64,000 nucleotides of DNA, from positions 97,882 through 161,881 of the forward strand of contig NIVC01002389.1 in assembly GCA_002269645.1 (NCBI GenBank), given 5' to 3'. The DNA comes from Macrostomum lignano (lineage: Eukaryota). The position numbers and the translations under genes are program-made. Every line of letters begins with the position of its first letter. Within the stretch, counting starts at the first letter, position 1. The notes under the pieces were generated by a model. The model worked only from the letters and a program-made list of their open reading frames with translations, was not told where the DNA came from and searched no databases. Below, one piece after another: positions 1 through 13,200 of this stretch.

Positions 1-307
1 ACGCTATGTTAAAAGACAAGGGAAGACAAAGGGAAAAGAGGATCTTAAGAAAAAGTGATCGAGACAAAACTTCTTAAGCTCCAGTGGGCCCCGCCGACCA
101 TGCTCAACACTCTCAGAGTTATTAGTGCTCTAACCGTGCCGTGGGCCCGCCTTCATTCATTGAGTAAACTCTCGCTGAGTGGAGACAAAACTCAGTAAGT
201 GGCGGACATCAGGGATAAAGTTAGTAACGCTACATGTCGGCCATGTAAACTTTATGAGTAATCACTGCTGAAATCAAGCATGAGGGCTGCGCATGCGAAT
301 GAGGGCA

Positions 308-1270
308 GTAGAATGAGCAGGTGCTGTCATGAATGAGAGCACTGGAATGAGCAGTTGCTGTCATGAATGAGGGCAGTGGAATGAGCAGTTGCTGTCATGA
401 ATGAGGGCAGTGGAATGAGCAGTTGCTGTCATGAATGAAGGCACTGGAATGAGCAGTTGCTGTCATGAATGAGGGCAGTGGAATGAGCAGTTGCTGTCAT
501 GAATGAAGGCACTGGAATGAGCAGTTGCTGTCATGAATGAGGGCAGTGGAATGAGCAGTTGCTGTCATGAATGAAGGCACTGGAATGAGCAGTTGCTGTC
601 ATGAATGAGGGCAGTGGAATGAGCATTTGCTGTCATGAATGAGGGCAGTGGAATGAGCAGTTGCTGTCATGAATGAGGGCACTGGAATGAGCAGTTGCTG
701 TCATGAATGAGCAGGTGCTGTCATGAATGAAGGCACTGGAATGAGCAGGTGCTGTCATGAATGAGGGCAGTGGAATGAGCAGTTGCTGTCATGAATGAGC
801 AGTTGCTGTCATGAATGAGGGCACTGGAATGAGCAGTTGCTGTCATGAATGAGCAGTTGCTGTCATGAATGAGGGCTCTGGAATGAGCAGTTGCTGTCAT
901 GAATGAGGGCTCTGGAATGAGCAGTTGCTGTCATGAATGAGGGCACTGGAATGAGCAGGTGCTGTCATGAATGAGAGCACTGGAATGAGCAGTTGCTGTC
1001 ATGAATGAAGGCACTGGAATGAGCAGGTGCTGTCATGAATGAAGGCACTGGAATGAGCAGGTGCTGTCATGAATGAAGGCACTGGAATGAGCAGTTGCTG
1101 TCATGAATGAGCAGGTGCTGCATCATGACTGAGCAGGTGCTGTGTCATGACTGAGCAGGTGCTGTCATGACTGAGCAGGTGCTGCATCATGAATGAGCAG
1201 GTGCTGCATCATGAATGAGCAGGTGCTGCATCATGAATGAGCAGGTGCTGTTATGACTGAGCAGGTGTCA
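308..1270. repeat. Composite minisatellite (14-bp + 20-bp subunits, ~34-bp unit)
   Basis: GAATGAGGGCAGTG/GAATGAAGGCACTG alternates with GAATGAGCAGTTGCTGTCAT; only the 20/21-bp subunit remains at the right end. Confidence 0.95.
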
Positions 1271-2119
1271 TGCTGTGTCAAAGCTAAAAGTGCAGACTCC
1301 CAGGCTCTCACCGTCCCGCTGTCGGAGCATTACTGCTCAGGCAGCCAGGAACATCGCTGCCACCAGAACTCGGTGCAACTTCAATGCAACGGATGACTCT
1401 GCCGAGGAACCCCAGTGTCTGTCCGTATTTCAAGCACTTCCGGGCGTTTTCTAGTGTGTATTTATCGCGACTTGGACGCAAAAAAGATAAATTGCCGACA
1501 CAAAGAACGAGTTGACTGTTCCAGACAAAAGGACAAGCCTAAAAACTGGCATGGGCGGTGGCGGCGCTTACGTAGCCGAAGCACGTGAGGGGAGCAGGCG
1601 GATTCTAGAACTGGGACCCGCGATTGGCTGGGAGCAGTAATCTAGTCAGAAAAAGCAGAGCACAATATAATGCAGCCAGGCTGCATCGGGAGTCTGGTGG
1701 CCCGCATTCCCCACCCTCCCAACCAAACAGGGAATGGGAACGGTCGTGACTAGGAGAAGACGAAAGAGGGGGGAGGGAGGGGGGCAGACAAGAAAAATAA
1801 GGCAAGAGCTGGCTGGGTCTTGAAGGAGAAGCAAGGGATTTGCAATGCCCTTTCTTGCTCATACTCCCTAGCATCCAATCCAATGCAAAGCACTCTTCTG
1901 CATTGCCATTGTCTCCTGTGCCCGGGCAAAACCAGCAGCTGAATGGAGGTGAAAATATCCCAGCAATGCGGAGCTCCCAAAACAGGGCTGGCTGTACGCC
2001 CCCGCAACACACCGGTTATCTCTAAGGAAAAAATCAAGTAACACTGACAGCTGATAAGAGAACCTTTTGGTATATGGCCTAATTAGCTCTCGAAAATTTA
2101 ATATTTCAGATCCCTTACA

Positions 2120-2950
2120 CCGAACTCAGGATTGAGATCCCAAACCGAGGGAATTAGTTCCCAAACTGAGGGAGCCAGATCCCAAACTGAGGGAGTCAGA
2201 TCCCAAACTGAGGGATTGAGATCCCAAACTGAGGGATTGAGATCCCAAACTGAAGGAATAAGATCCCAAACTGAGGGATTGAGACCCCAAACTGAGGGAT
2301 TGAGATCCCAAACTGAGGAATTGAGATCCAAAACTGAAGGAATAAGATCCCAAACTGAGGGATTGAGACCCCAAACTGAGGGATTGAGATCCCAAACTGA
2401 GGAATTGAGATCCAAAAAAGTGAAGGAATAAGATCCCAAACTGAGGGATTGAGACCCCAAACTGAGGGATTGAGATCCCAAACTGAGGGATTGAGATCCC
2501 AAACTGAGGGATTGAGATACCAAACTGAAGGATTGAGATCCCAAACTGAGGGATTAAGTTCCCAAACTGAGGGATTGAGACCCCAAACTGAGGGATTGAG
2601 ATACCAAACTGAGGGATTAAGTTCCCAAACTGAGGGATTGAGATCCCAAACTGAGGGATTGAGATCCCAAACTGAGGGATTGACATCCCAAACTGAGGGA
2701 TTGACATCCCAAACTGAGGGATTGACATCCCAAACTGAGGGATTGACATCCCAAACTGAAGGATTAAGATCCCAAACTGAGGGATTGAGATCCCAGACTG
2801 AGAGATTAAGATCATAAACTGGGGGGTTGAGATCCCAGACTGAGAGATTAAGATCATAAACTGGGGGGGGTGGAGATCCCAAACTAAGGATTGAGATCCT
2901 AAACTGAGGGATTTAAATTCCAAACTGAGGGGTTAAGATCCCAAAATGAG
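2120..2950. repeat. 21-bp minisatellite
   Basis: Tandem AGATCCCAAACTGAGGGATTG, about 38 copies; it explains the periodic ORFs in all frames. Confidence 0.95.
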
Positions 2951-5861
2951 AATTACATAAGATCCCAAATCCTAAACAAAGCATATATCCCATAGAATTT
3001 TAGAGATCTATTCTAAAATGCAAAACAGCCCAGATGCATCTAGACTCATAGATGACTCAATCCGACAGCTTTAGAAATGCGATCTCAAATGACTGAACCT
3101 GTAAACAGCGCAGTTTACAGGCAGCGCTGGCCAGAGCTCACACAAGTCATTAATTTTTATTGCATTCTCAGGTTTGCCCTGCTGTGTCGATTGAAAACCG
3201 GGAGGGGGTGGGGCGGGTTGAAGCCGACAGGAATTAACTCCCAAAACTAATGAGCAGAGGAATGAGCCTAGGGGAGCATTGTTAGAGCACACACTGCGCA
3301 CGCAAACATGAGCAATGAAATTGAGCTGGCAAAAAGCATTGAGACACCATGCGATGAAATACTGTCTCAAAAATAAAAGTTTTTAGCAATTAGGAAAAGA
3401 AATATTCTAAACTGCAGAAAGGTTTTTGCAGAAAAGAAAGAAAGTGCAGAAAGTGCAGAAAAGAAACGATCCCACAAATTCATCACAACAAAATTCACGA
3501 ATTCAAAGTGGTGGAGCACTATTTTTGATGTTATATTTCCTTTAAGTTTCGATGAATTGAGTCTAACAACATCACTGGGGCGATCATTTTCACGCAGAAT
3601 TTAATTTTTTTACAACGTTTGACACGCTGACATTCCTACAATAAATGAGCTCTGCTCTCGGGTTGCACTAGAAAATTGGGCTATTTAGCCCCGTTATTGC
3701 AGCTGGCCTTGTCTGCAGAGCAATAAAATATTTTATGCCAAAAGCCTGGCGCCAAACAACCCAAAACTTATGCAATTGAGCGCTTCGTGTGCATCAATTT
3801 CTAGAAAATACAAATTGCCATTATTAGCCTACTAATAGTAGAACTACTTGAATTTCGGGACAAGTGATTAATAAAACAAAAAAATAAACTTAGCACTGCA
3901 GGCAAGATTTCAACTATTAGTTAAGTGTTGTTATACATATACTATCACCAATGTTGTTGACTTCAAAATCCAGAAATTGTAATGATTTGGCCATATGGGG
4001 TGATGGCCACCGTGCCACTTTTATGATAAAAAATTGCTACAATTATCATAGAAATTTAAGCTGTCTCATTAATTTCTAGAAATACAAATGGCATTGTCAG
4101 AGTATAAGATAATATAACTAATAAACATTTAAAAAGATGAAATTAATTGATTAAAGTATATACTAGCTATGCATAAAGTATTCAAATTTCATGCAAAATA
4201 TTAGTCTAAACATAGATACTAGAATAACTAGATAGACAACTCAGTATATCTGCATACAAGCTACTTTCAGTTTAGTAGTAACTGCTGAATCAGTAGTACC
4301 AAATTTCAATTAATACCTAGTACAAAATATATTTTAGAACTTAAAGTTACTTATTTTTTTGTTAAAAATTTAATGAATTGTAAAGCAAAAAAACTATTTA
4401 AGTTTAAATAATTTTCCTTATAATGTAAAGTTTCCTTATAATATATAGTATATAGGCCTGACTATAATATAGGGTGACTATGCATTTTTGGACATAAAAA
4501 ATAAGAAGAAATAAGGAAAATGAGAAATATATTCAGTATAGGTAGATTTGCATTGAAATGAAAAAGATTGAAGACAATATTTTCATTGAAGCAGAATGTT
4601 TCTAATATAGCAACATTAAAATAATGCTCCAATTCTTATATTTAAATTATTAGTAGTTATATAGGCATGTAGGAATTAGCATGCTTTGTTAGTATATGCC
4701 TAGTTACAACTAAGGCAGAGAGATACAACTGAGAGTTGACGAAGCCTCTTAGCGTTTATTAGATCGATACGCAGGTTAAATACGATACAACGATTGTTAC
4801 ATAACTGGGTATAAAAGATAGAGACAGGGGTGGGTGAAAAGCACGTACATGCTGTACAATAGCAACCCCCACCATGCTCTAGCGACTGGCGCATACAAGT
4901 ACACTTGCAACTTACTATAATTTGAATTAAATTAAAAAGTCTCTACAAAATGCCATTTCTCACCCAGGTTGCACTCTAGTTTCTTGATCTGCTCTTGTCT
5001 ATATGTTTCTAGCTTGTGCTAGAGGCTGCTAGCTAAGTAGCTGCCTTTCACTGCTCCTTTTGAGCTGACTAGCATAGGGATTATATAACTTATATATTTT
5101 TATCATAGCCAGTATGAATTGTATTTTAGGATCCAACCTGGCATACCAAATTGCTTTGTAAATGATTCTTTAAGCAATGAGATTCAATTTAGATAGATTT
5201 TCAACCATTAAATTCTTGTTAACCAGAACTACTTTCAACCAAAGCTTGGCCAATGGATAAAACCAATATAATTTAGATAGGCTTAGCTAATATACTCATA
5301 CCATGCCAATAGTTCTTGGCATTTTTGAATGTATTTTTGTCATTGAAAAGTTATGAGTAAAAGTTGTCTATATAAGAATTGGCTATTGTAAATTGTTAGA
5401 ATGTCTTAAATACTTTTGAATCAGTGTATAGAATAGCAAACTATACCCTGGCAATATTAGCTTCTTGGTGCATGATCTAGCTAGCCTCAGATAGCAATAT
5501 TGGGCAAAGTCCTAGTTTCTTGCATTAAATTATTTTTATACTAAATTTCAAACTAACAAACCTACAAACCAAAACCAATTTACTAAAGCATACTTTATAT
5601 ATGTAAGTCTTTAAACTGTGGAGGTCTTAAAAGTAGTACGAGAGGTATACTAAAAGTTTTGAGATATGGCTGACTCATAAGTCACAATTGCACAAATATT
5701 TATGTACATACTCTACCACCCTTAAGATGATTGGGTATAACTTTTCAGTCTTTGCACTCTTATCAATTTTTCACAATCACTCTTTAAAGTCAATACCCCC
5801 TACCAAACTATACTTGCTCCAATGGAGTTGACAAACCACAACTTTTGTGCCATGATAGTTT

Positions 5862-6100
5862 ATGACCAGCACCAGACTTTGTGGCCTGCTGCTGCACCAT
5901 GACAATGCCAGTGCACACACGGCTGCTGCAACATTGGCATTTCTGGCCAAGAATAGAGTCCAGTTAGTGATGCATCCTGCTTATTCCCCTGACCTGGCAC
6001 CCTGCAACTTCTTTCTCTTCCCTTTGGTGATGAACCAACTGCGTGGGACTTGGTTTGAAAGCCCTGAAGCAGCAAGATTCAAGTTTGAAGTGAGTGGTGT
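5862..6100 (+). pseudogene. Mariner (Tc1/mariner) transposase fragment
   Basis: LLHHDNASAHTA...HPAYSPDLAPCNFFLF matches the mariner HDNA and YSPDLAP motifs; the rest of the transposase is missing. Confidence 0.85.
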
Positions 6101-7199
6101 CAACAGTGCAAAAAGAACAGTGGGCTGGAGCCTGGACACAATGGTTTTACCGGATGAGGAAATGCGCACAAGCTTTAGTAAGCTTCAGTAAAACTTTAGT
6201 AATGCTTTAGCAAACACATTTTGGTTTGTTTATTTGAAATTTAATATCAAAATAATTTAATGTGAGAAACTAAGATATTGTCTAGCATTAGTAATAATGT
6301 AAAGTACTCATCATAAAGATTAGCATGATCTGAAATTAGCTAATGTAGCATGGTATTCAATCTCTTATAACTAACTTAAAAAAGGGAATGAGATTCTTAC
6401 TTGGCCAAAAAATAATTAAATATTTAGATAAAAGCGCATTCTTTTGTTATGTGATCTTTTCTATTGCACTGTTTTGTTATATAATCCTTTTCCACTTGGG
6501 CTATTTATTGCTATTGATTTATTATACAAAATCCCTAGCAAAAAGTCTAACAAATTTGTAACAAGTTTGTTTTTCTACATTTTTTATGCATAGTATAGAC
6601 TATATATCCCCTTTCACTTTTATCTTATGATCTAGTCTCATTAAAGGACATACTTATTTACATTGAAGGGATTGTAAGACAAAAATGAGGGGATATACAT
6701 GGTCCATAATCCAAAACTGACATTGCCTTGATTTTCTTAAAGGGGATTGTATAACAAAATAATACAAAAGAAAAGATTATATAATGAATCAACAGCAATG
6801 CACAGCACAAGTAAAAATGGATTGTATAATGAAATAATGCTAATATGAGTCTTCAAAAATCAAAATAAAGAAAAAATAGAGGTAGATAAAGAGAAAAATC
6901 CAAAAATCATTAGAAATAAGAATAAAAAGACTAGGCACACTGTATATAAAATAAAATATGCTATATTTATTATAGAATTATAGGGATAAATAAGCCTTGT
7001 TAGACTAGAGAACAGTTAAATATAAGTTTTAGTTAGAATCAGCAATCAGCTTTGCTGCTATAACTAATACTAAATATCTATTAGAATTATCAACAATTTA
7101 TTCAAACAAAAATCTAATTTTTAGTGTATAATATAAACATATAGATTATATCAACAAAAAACAATATATTCCATTGTTAAGAAAGTTCTTATGTTTTCT

Positions 7200-8170
7200 A
7201 GAACCTTCTTCCAAACTGAGTTTTTTTAAATATAGAAGTACTTTAAGAAACAAAGTATTTCATTGAGCCTATTATCTAGGGCTTCCTTATCAGTGAAAGT
7301 TTTGCTCTTTAAGGCATTGGTCAAGGCCAAAAAAAGATAATAGTTGCCAAGTGCTAGGTTGGGGAAATATGTAGGATGAGGCACCAGTTCCCAGCCAAGG
7401 TCTAGTAACTTTTGGCAAATCACCTTGGTAGTATAGGGGTGGGCATTATTGTGCAAGAATTGGATTGGGCCATGATTTGGTTGCTTCTATGCAATGGTGG
7501 CAGCCAATCTATCTAGTTTTTGACAGTATAGGTTGGCCATAATCAATGCATTGGGTGGTAGCACTTCATATAGGATCACACCTTTATAGTCCCACCAAAC
7601 ATAGCATCACCTTGCAGGGGTGGAGTCTAGCTTTAGGCTGTGGCTCAGGGGTCGCGTCTGCATCTACCTACAACTATTAATGCTTGATATTCATATATAA
7701 GTACCATTTTTCATTGCCAGTAACAATTGACTTCAGCCAATTATGCAAGAGAGTAGTGGCCACCTCTGTCTTACATTTGCAGTCCTAGTCAGACAATTCA
7801 TAGGGTACTTATTAAGTCAACTTGTGCACTTTTTTTCACTTGATGCAAGTGAGTGGCAATAGTTTGATGGTCTATCCCAAAGACTTGTGCCAACTCACAT
7901 TTGGTTTGTTGGGGGTCAGCTTCAATGAGTGTATACAGATAGTCATCATCCATCTCAGGACGCCTTGACTAAGGCAAATATTTGAGGCTTAAATCTCCTT
8001 GGCAAAAGCAAGCAAACCAATCTTGCACAGTGCATTCAAACACAATACTAGCACCAAATGCACTATTAATATGGCAGCTCAATTTGGCTGCTTTGATACT
8101 GAATTTGAAATCATAGAGTAAGACCATAAATATAGGCTTTGATAGTAACAATCATGAAAAGTAGTTTGTC
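7200..8170 (-). mobile_element. Degenerate mariner element (near full-length transposase pseudogene)
   Basis: The N-terminal HTH-like fragment (LLYDFKFSIKAAK...INSAFG...TVQDWFACF, 7969-8151) and the catalytic fragment (HNNAHPY...HPTYFPNLALGNYYLF, 7226-7456) are colinear on the minus strand, with stops between them. TIRs were not resolved. Confidence 0.8.
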
Positions 8171-10245
8171 AAGATTGCATACACCCACCTTTAATATATA
8201 CCCACACAGTAAGCTTCTAGAATGTGAGATAGGCCTTATTATTTAAAAACATTTTTTTAGAAAATGTTGTATTTGAAAGTAGGCCCCTATGGTAGGCCCT
8301 AATTCATTTAAACATATATACTATTAGAAATGTTGTAAATAGTATAAATATTATAAATTTTTAATTGTTTAAAACCACACGAAAAGGCATTTAAATACAT
8401 AAGCAGCTAGCAAGAACAGAATCAACTTGTTACTTGGTCCAGTACCTGTGAATTGGAATTTGATTCATTTAAAATCTTAAGCATTATTACTGACTTAGTT
8501 ATTTAGAAGCTTTAAAAGCCCCAAGATTGGGAGAACTGACTCCATTCTTAGAGAATGAGACATCTAGATTTAGAATATAAGAAATCACTTTAGAAGGCAG
8601 AAATCCTACTATAGGGTAGAATAGTCTAAACCTGAAATTCATAAGAAAATGCACAGTCACATAGTCATAGATCTTACACTTTGGTTGAGCCTGAAGGTGA
8701 GTTAGGACCCAAAGTAGGGCAAAGATAAAAAATAACAAAATAGGGACGTCTTGAACTTTAATTATACTTAAGTGGTTTAGTGGTGCAAAAAGATCAAGGA
8801 TTAATATACTTAAAACTCTGCTACTGCATCTAGATTACTAGATATTATATTATAATCGATTGAAGACTAGATACATAAAATCAATCTCCATGAAGAATCT
8901 TGTCACACTAAAACCCCTTCCCGATGCTCTATTTGTTAAACGAAAATATATTATACAAATGATGAAGAAAACTTAGACGAAAGATATAAAATGTTTTCTT
9001 TAATTCTAAAGCACCTCCATTTAGATATACTTAACTTCCAGCATTCTCGGAAATTCCATCGATTTGAATAGTTCACTAAAATAAAAGCTAAGACATAATA
9101 ATCTTTTCTACACCCTTTAGACTCTAATTTTATGCACATATTGCTTTTTAAAAGTAACAAATTTTATTCTATTCATTCTGTACATATTTTTTTAGATTTA
9201 TCACACGGAAATGCACATTCCTGTAAAGTTGTAAACCACACCTTTCTTCGCAGCAATTCAATTTCCATCAATTTAGTCGATTTTCCTGTTTTGATCTCCT
9301 CAAGTCGTCGAGATGCTTCCTTATCTGCTATAAGCCAGATATTTTCTGTTGTTTTCCTTATTTGGAATTCTGCAATATTTTTTCTTACTTCCTCGTTCCT
9401 TATTTTCTATGAATAGTCATGTGATGCCTTAATGCCCATTGCCCAAGACTGCTAGTGTTTCCTGGTTCCTGAAGGAGACTATTATTTCCTATATTTGTGG
9501 CCTAATTATATTCAATGCACGCTGTGGTTTTAAAAAATATTATTAAATATTATCAAATAAAAACTATTAGTATCTTTTTATTATTTTAAAAACGTTTTTA
9601 TATTCCTAAATTACTATTAATAATATTATTATGTGAAAATCGATATACTTTAATAACTTTATTGGTGTATGTTTTCAATAAAAAGACTTGTTCTTGCTAA
9701 AAACAATTTAGTAATTGTTGCAAATTATATGTTTAAAAATCTAATCTAGTTCTATGAACGCATTTTATATATTGATTATGCGTAAGACTTAATCAAGTAA
9801 TAAAAAATATTTTTTTTGTTTTATTCTATCATAGTTTAATTTACAAAACCTTTAAATCTTTATATTAGGTAAATTGTAAAGCCTACTTCAAAAATTTTTG
9901 CCTAATTTTGTTTTTAAGCAAAAGTTGGCAAGCATATTTATAGTCAAAAGTAAGTTAATATGCCAAATATGTATGTTTATATATAATTAACATTTTTTTC
10001 CTAAAGTGCTAAACTAACTATATTATACCAGATCAATAAACATAAAAGCTTGAGAATTATAGTTTTTTAAAAGTGAAAGTATATAAGATGTGAATCAGGA
10101 AAAGAAGTGTCATTTGTAAATAGATTTCAAATCTTCAAAGCCAAAACTGTTATCAAATTTCCCCTTATGAGCTTGCAGACAGTCATAGGAGACTAACTAT
10201 TCGCTAGATAACAAACAAGTCTAAAAAAACAACAGTTCAAGCTTA

Positions 10246-13200
10246 ATGGCGGACTCGGACACAGACAGTTCGAGCTCGGGTGGCTGGTCCAACTCTGGTG
10301 GTGAGGCTGAAGCGCCGGCGGCTGCTGCGGCAGAGGCTGCGGTTGCAGTGGCGGTGGCGACTGCGGCGGCGGAGTCGGCCAGCAGCTCCTCCAATGCCGA
10401 CCCAGAAGAGGCTTTGGCAGTGGCGGCGGCTGCTGAATCTGAGGCGGACAGCAGCGAAGAGGACGAAGGCAACCCGTTCGACGCGATTCGCGAAGGCCTG
10501 GACCGGCTGGCCGGCAGCGAGGCAGAGCGCCAATTCGTAGCCGACTTCGTCTCCAGCGACGCTGTGGCGCTGCTGTGCGACCTGACGGAGTTCCTGGACA
10601 CCGAGCTGCAGACTTTCCGGCTAAGCGACCAGTTCAAGGCCAGCGTGGCCGGCCTGTCCGAGCTGGTGGCCGAAGCCATGGAGTCCATCGATGCTGAACG
10701 GCTGTCTGGCGAGTTTCAGGTGAGCGTTGAATGATTAGTCAAGGCAGCAGTTTTTCTATTTGTCCTCCAATTTCCCAATTTTGCTGCTCGGCCTCGAAAA
10801 AAATTTGACGCAAAAGTTTTTAGCCCTTAAAACAAAACTTCAAAAACAAAATTATATTTTTAAATAGCAGATTTTTTTCTTCAAAATAAGACCATTGGCA
10901 ATAAAATCTGTTAGTACATAATCTGGGATCTCGGGATCTAGAGCCATAGCATCCGGGATTTGGGGATTTAGAGTCACAGCATCCGGGATCTGGGGATCTA
11001 GAGCCATAGCATCCGGGATTTGGAGATTTAGAGTCACAGCATCCGGGATCTGGGGATCTAGAGTCACAGCATCCGGGATCTGGGGATCTAGAGTCATAGC
11101 ATCCGGGATCTGGGGATCTAGAGTCATAGCATCCGGGATCTGGGGATCTAGAGTCATAGCATCCGGGATCTGGGGATTTTGAGTCATAGCATCCAGGATG
11201 AATGGGGATCTAGGGGATCTAAGATCTCTGGGGATCTAGAGTCATAGCATCCGGGATTTAGGGATTTGGAGCCATTGCATCCGGGATCTGGGGATCTAGA
11301 GCCATAGCATCCAGGATCTGGAGATTTTGAGCCATATCATCATAAATCTGGTAACTGAAATAATTCTCACCTGTCATTACTCGCCATCAACCCGCACTCG
11401 CAGCCGGACGTCTCTGAGCTGACGAGCCTGCTATCCTCGATGAAGCTGTCCAGCTTCCTAGCCAGCATGGCCGAGGTCGCCAAAGGCGAGTACGAGCCGG
11501 AGCTTGGCGAGCTGCCAGAAGATTTCTTTGATGAGTACAGCTCGGGCAGCGAGGACAGCAACTCGGTGGATTCGTCCGACAGGGAAAGTGAGTCGTCGGT
11601 TAAGAGGGGGGAGTGCTTGACTTACTTGACTTGACTTAGCTGCAGGGTGGTCCGTAGACACAGCGGGGAGGCGAGGGTCACCCATTCCGCTAGCCCCTGA
11701 AGGCCCTCAAACAGGCAGAGGCGTGGGGCCAGTCAAGGCGGTCCGCCAGTCCAGCGTGATCTTCCGTAGGGAAGAAAGAGGCTCGTCTTGTCGCCCGGAG
11801 GAGCCGGATGAGCCGTGGGATGCTGTCGGGCTGGCCGACCCCGTCAATAGACGGGTTCGGCCCGAGGTAGCGTAGCCGGTCTCTGGTAAAGAAAGGGCAG
11901 TGACAGACAAAGTGCTGAGCATCTTTATTGTTCGCAAAAGGGCAAAGTTCACTCTCGAGGTCGCCTGGGAGGAAGCAGTGCGGTGAAGTGCTTGTTTGTC
12001 TTTAGCTTTTAGCGGAGGGGTGTTTTCAAAAGTGCGGAAGACGGGTGGCGGGCTACCAAACGACTCTCCTTTCTTTTAACACCAATCGTTTCTCCACAAA
12101 GGCTTCCGCGTCCCTTCGAACTCCGCGGCCGCCGCCTCCGCCGCCTCGCCCCTGGTCGCCGGGGGCGTCAACGGCGACGCTCCGGACACGACGCGGTCGC
12201 GACCGAGCGGCAAGCAGGTCAGCTACATCGGCCTGCCGCCTGAGCAGCCGCAGCCGCCGCCTCAGCAGCGGCATTCCTCTGTGCAATTGCGCAACCCCAG
12301 CGGCTTAGGCGGAGCCTCGAACTCGGCCTATCGGCATAGCAACCTGGTGGAACGCCAGGTGTCAATCAATAAGGATCCCAGCGAGCCGCTCGGCTTCACC
12401 GTGGCCAGAGAGTACGTGGCCCAGTACGACAAGCAGATGATCATGGTTGAGCGGGTCATGATGGACGGCCCCATCGACAGGGAGGGCGTGTTTCAGGTGA
12501 GTCTCGGCTCGCTCGACAAACCCGAATGTTCACAGATTAACACAAGCACTGTTTAAAAACCCAAACCTTTAAAATCCGAGTGTTTACGAACCCAGAATAT
12601 TCACAACTTTTAATGTTCACAAACCTGACACTATAGTCCACATCCCTAAATCTTCACAAACCTGAATTTCCACATCCCCAAATCTTCACAAACCTGAACG
12701 TTCACATCCCCATGTCTTCACAAACCTGAATGTTCATATGCCAGAATGTTCACAAACCTGACCTTTCACATCCCCAAGTCTTCACAAACCTGAACGTTCA
12801 CATGCCCGAATGAATGTTCACAAACCTGAATGTTCGCATGCCCAAGTTTTCACAGACCTGAATGTTTACATCCCCAAATCTTCACAAACCTGAATGTTCG
12901 CTTGCCCAAATCTTCACAAACCTGAATGTTCACATGCCCGAATGAATGTCCACAAACCTGACCTTTCACATCCCCAAGTCTTCACAAACCTGAATGTTCA
13001 CATCCCCAAATCTTCACAAACCTGAATGTTCACATCCCCAAGTCTTCACAAACCTGAACGTTCACAACCCCAAGTCTTCACAAACCTGAATGTTCGCTTG
13101 CCCAAATCTTCACAAACCTGAATGTTCACATGCCCGAATGAATGTCCACAAACCTGACCTTTCACATCCCCAAGTCTTCACAAACCTGAATGTTCACATC

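Noticed and set aside
2098-2923. Several long periodic ORFs (up to 265 aa)
   Set aside because: Artefacts of a stop-free 21-bp tandem repeat; open in multiple frames and on both strands.
6420-6840. Degenerate inverted sub-repeats (TTGTTATA(C/T)AATC-like)
   Set aside because: Possibly an old MITE, but no terminal repeats or TSD could be fixed.
8951-9416. Short ORFs; one minus-strand frame reads KIRNEEVRK, reminiscent of a LINE RT C-terminus
   Set aside because: A single weak motif with no other RT motifs nearby; too little to call.
11646-11866. Possible extra MAGUK exon
   Set aside because: It is open in the phase-1 frame after a CAG but ends in phase 0 at a weak donor. Exon 2 (phase 1) splices directly to 12102 without it, so at best it is an unverified alternative.
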